Assembly (NCBI RefSeq): GCF_018350175.1
Contig: NC_058372.1
Coordinates: 14,632,001 to 14,696,000, forward strand
DNA length: 64,000 nucleotides
Reading direction: 5' to 3'
Source of the DNA: Felis catus
Taxonomy: Eukaryota
The notes under the pieces were generated by a model that saw only the letters and a list, made by a program, of their open reading frames with translations, did not search any database and was not told the DNA's origin. Positions within the stretch are counted from its first letter, which is position 1. Every line of letters begins with the position of its first letter. This document shows positions 61,421 to 64,000 of this stretch, piece after piece. A program made the position numbers and the translations under genes.

Positions 61421-63670
61421 TACTTGAAAAACAAGAGCTTGCATCCTTTAAATAATCATTCTTGTGTCTCACTGGCCTCTCTTCAATCCCGCTGGGCATG
61501 ATGATGATCAGAGCACAGACCCGGGCTTTCCCCCCTGCCCTCAAGGGGACAGGGTGCCTGGGATCGGCCCACACAGCTTCCTACTGGGAGACAATGCCGG
61601 CCGCCGCTTCCCATCCCACACCACCACCGGCAGGCCCAGCTCCTTCTCAGGGCCATTCCGGGGTGTATTCCCAGTAGGAGGAATGGGATTTGACTTCAGA
61701 CCAGCCGACGAGAACACCAAACGTGTGCTTGTGCCAATCTGATAGCAACCCCCGCGTGTGGTCCTGTCTGTAGCTACACGTGGTTCGCAGACAGCATGAA
61801 AAAGTTCCGTTGCTGGCAGAGTCATGCTCTTCTGGACTCAGAGAGATCCAGGGTGGGATGGACAGATGCCTTCTCTGTACTGAGTCCCCGGAGAGACTTC
61901 TATCTGCAGATCAAGAGGCGGGAAGAGCCATCTGGCTGGCTAGAACTTCTCCAAACCCTCCAGAGCCCCGTGGGTGAAAGGGGCATTCATCCTGAGTTCA
62001 AAGGCTGGCCATCAACTTATTAAAGAGAAAAACTTCCAGCCTACACAGGAGTTATGAATACTGAGATCGGGATTGTTCCCAGTTTTCTCTTTGTTCCCAG
62101 GGCTAAGACTCCAGTGACTCTTTGAAATGCAGTCAGAGGAAAGAACCTTCCACACTTTGGCACAGAAGGAAGGGCTCGGTGCATTCCATGTTGTTTCTGG
62201 AATTGTGATATCCACTACCCCAGAGAGAGATTTTTTTTTTCCTTTATGGAATAGAATCCTTACTATTTTTCATACCCGTCCCACGAGGTGAAAAAAAAAG
62301 AAGAAGACTGACAAAAAGGTTGAGGGTCTGAAATTTGACCTCGCGTTCTATTTGGGACGCGATGAATTAGGTAGGAGCGATTTTGCAGCGCTGTCTCTGA
62401 CCCAAATAGTAAACGAATATCCTCCTTTCTTGCTCCCACTGCTTAAGCAAAAAACAGCTGTGCGCAGCATCTGGAAGACTGGTTCCGACCTTGTTTTATC
62501 CTATTTGATTCCCACTGGCTTTTATGTTTTCCATAAATGATTGAAGAAAAGTTCTCAGTTGGAAATAGCAATAAAATCTTCCATAAATTCTTGGTTAGCA
62601 CCAGCTTCAGGCAGCTCATTGGATTCTCACTCTGCACAGTCCCGGGGTCTGTGAAGGCTTTTCCTGGGCTCCTCTGGCAACCACAGAACATGTCATTTTT
62701 CTTTTCAGCCACAGTCCCTGGTATGGCCCCTCCCCTTTCGTCTTTGTCTCAGAATCTCCATTCCTTCATTTATCAGATGAGGGCAGTAATCGTACCTGCC
62801 TCTAAACCCTTAGGACAGTGCCTAGACCACAGTACAGATTTGTGATGATGATGATGATTAATTATTTTTAATCATTCACTTAATATACAATAATAAACAT
62901 CATGACCATGCATTGAGAGACGGCAGGAGGCATTCTATTTGTGTCGTTCAGTCCTCAGAACACCCCTATGAAGTAGGTATTTTAGCTTCATCTTATTAAA
63001 AAAAAAAAATGGAAGTTTTGCAAACTTAAGTAATGGACCCAGGGACTCTCTTATAAAGGAGGCAGCTGGGGCTGTGCTGACCAGAACCTGTGCTCTTTCC
63101 AATATTCAATACGATCCAGCAGCAAGAGCTTTCTGGATGCTGGGCGTTGAGGACGGACAAGAGAGAGAAAACTCGATTCTCAGACAGTCTGTGCCACCTG
63201 CCACGGCTCTCAGATCCTCAAGCGGTTGGTGACAAGGTCTTGGGAAGAATGTGATGGGAAAGTCACGCTCTGTTCCCTGTCACACCCCCATCCCCCCCAC
63301 CCCCGACCTTGAAGACAGTTTCCTGGTCCTCTGCATGGGTGAAATGGCTTGCTTCTTCGTGTTCCTCGTAGCAGCTGGAATCTTCGTTCTGCACCTGGTT
63401 TACTGTGATGCTCTCAGCTTCACTGCTACCCTTTAGCAAAGCAAGAGCCCCACGCAGACCAATTGTCTGTCACATGGGCTCGGAAAATTTAGAATTTCCA
63501 AAGGGCACCTTAGCCAATATTCTATACATTTCTTACTTCCGTTTCTTTCATTAAGGAGCTATTTTTGTTCCCAAACGGGTCATTAGCTTTTTCCCCACTT
63601 TGATTGGTTTACCTCATATTAGTGGTTGCTGCCAAAGCTTGTCTGGATGGACAGAAAACTTGAAACTCTT

Positions 63671-63891
63671 GGGGCACCTGGGTGGCTCAGTCGGTTAAGC
63701 GTCCGACTCTTGGTTTCGGCTCAAGTCGTGGTCTCACGGTCTCTGAGATCGAGTCCCAGGTCTGGCTCTGTGCTGACAGTGCAGAACCTGCTTGGGCTTC
63801 TCTGTCTCCCTCTCTCTCTGCTCATTCCTGGCTCTCTCCCCCTCTCTCTCAAATAATAAATACACTTTAAAAAAAGAAAAGAAAAGAAAGA
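63671..63891 (+). mobile_element. CanSINE, older type
   Basis: TSD aacttgaaRYtctt. Confidence 0.92.
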
Positions 63892-63970
63892 GAACTTGAA
63901 GTTCTTGCTCTCGCTCCGTCTTCCACTAGGAGAAATCCTGTGGACTCCAACAGTATTTAAAGGGCTTTGA

Positions 63971-64000
63971 GGGGCGCCTGGGTGGTGCAGTCGGTTAAGC
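63971..64000 (+). mobile_element. CanSINE 5' end (cut by window edge)
   Basis: ggggcgcctgggtggtgcagtcggttaagc. Confidence 0.88.

Overview
Mammalian genomic DNA, almost certainly felid: 32 tRNA-derived CanSINE/SINEC elements of the cat-type (SINEC_Fc-like) families lie on a background of ancient MIR, L2, L1M, MaLR/ERVL solo LTR and hAT-Charlie repeats. I recognise no intact protein-coding exon. The listed ORFs are repeat-derived, GC-rich chance frames or run through N blocks. The only recognisable protein homology is a decayed processed HNRNPA1 pseudogene (minus strand, ~10.2-11.7 kb) with target-site duplications (TSDs) and a SINE inserted in it. A strong CpG-island promoter (GC boxes, USF E-box, RFX half-site, CCAAT, MEF2) lies at ~43.4-44.2 kb, but its gene and direction cannot be determined from this window. 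There is no prokaryotic-type system (operon, CRISPR, defence island), and I cannot support a claim of a new biological system. The best leads are small-scale: an old local duplication with an exactly preserved 24-bp core, a candidate exon with four tandem 3' splice sites, a TATA+Inr core promoter, a triple STAT-site cluster, a TSD that duplicated an AP-1 site, and N-runs that look like exact-length masking rather than gaps. Repeat subfamily names and HNRNPA1 comparisons rest on recalled consensus sequences and need RepeatMasker/Dfam/BLAST confirmation.
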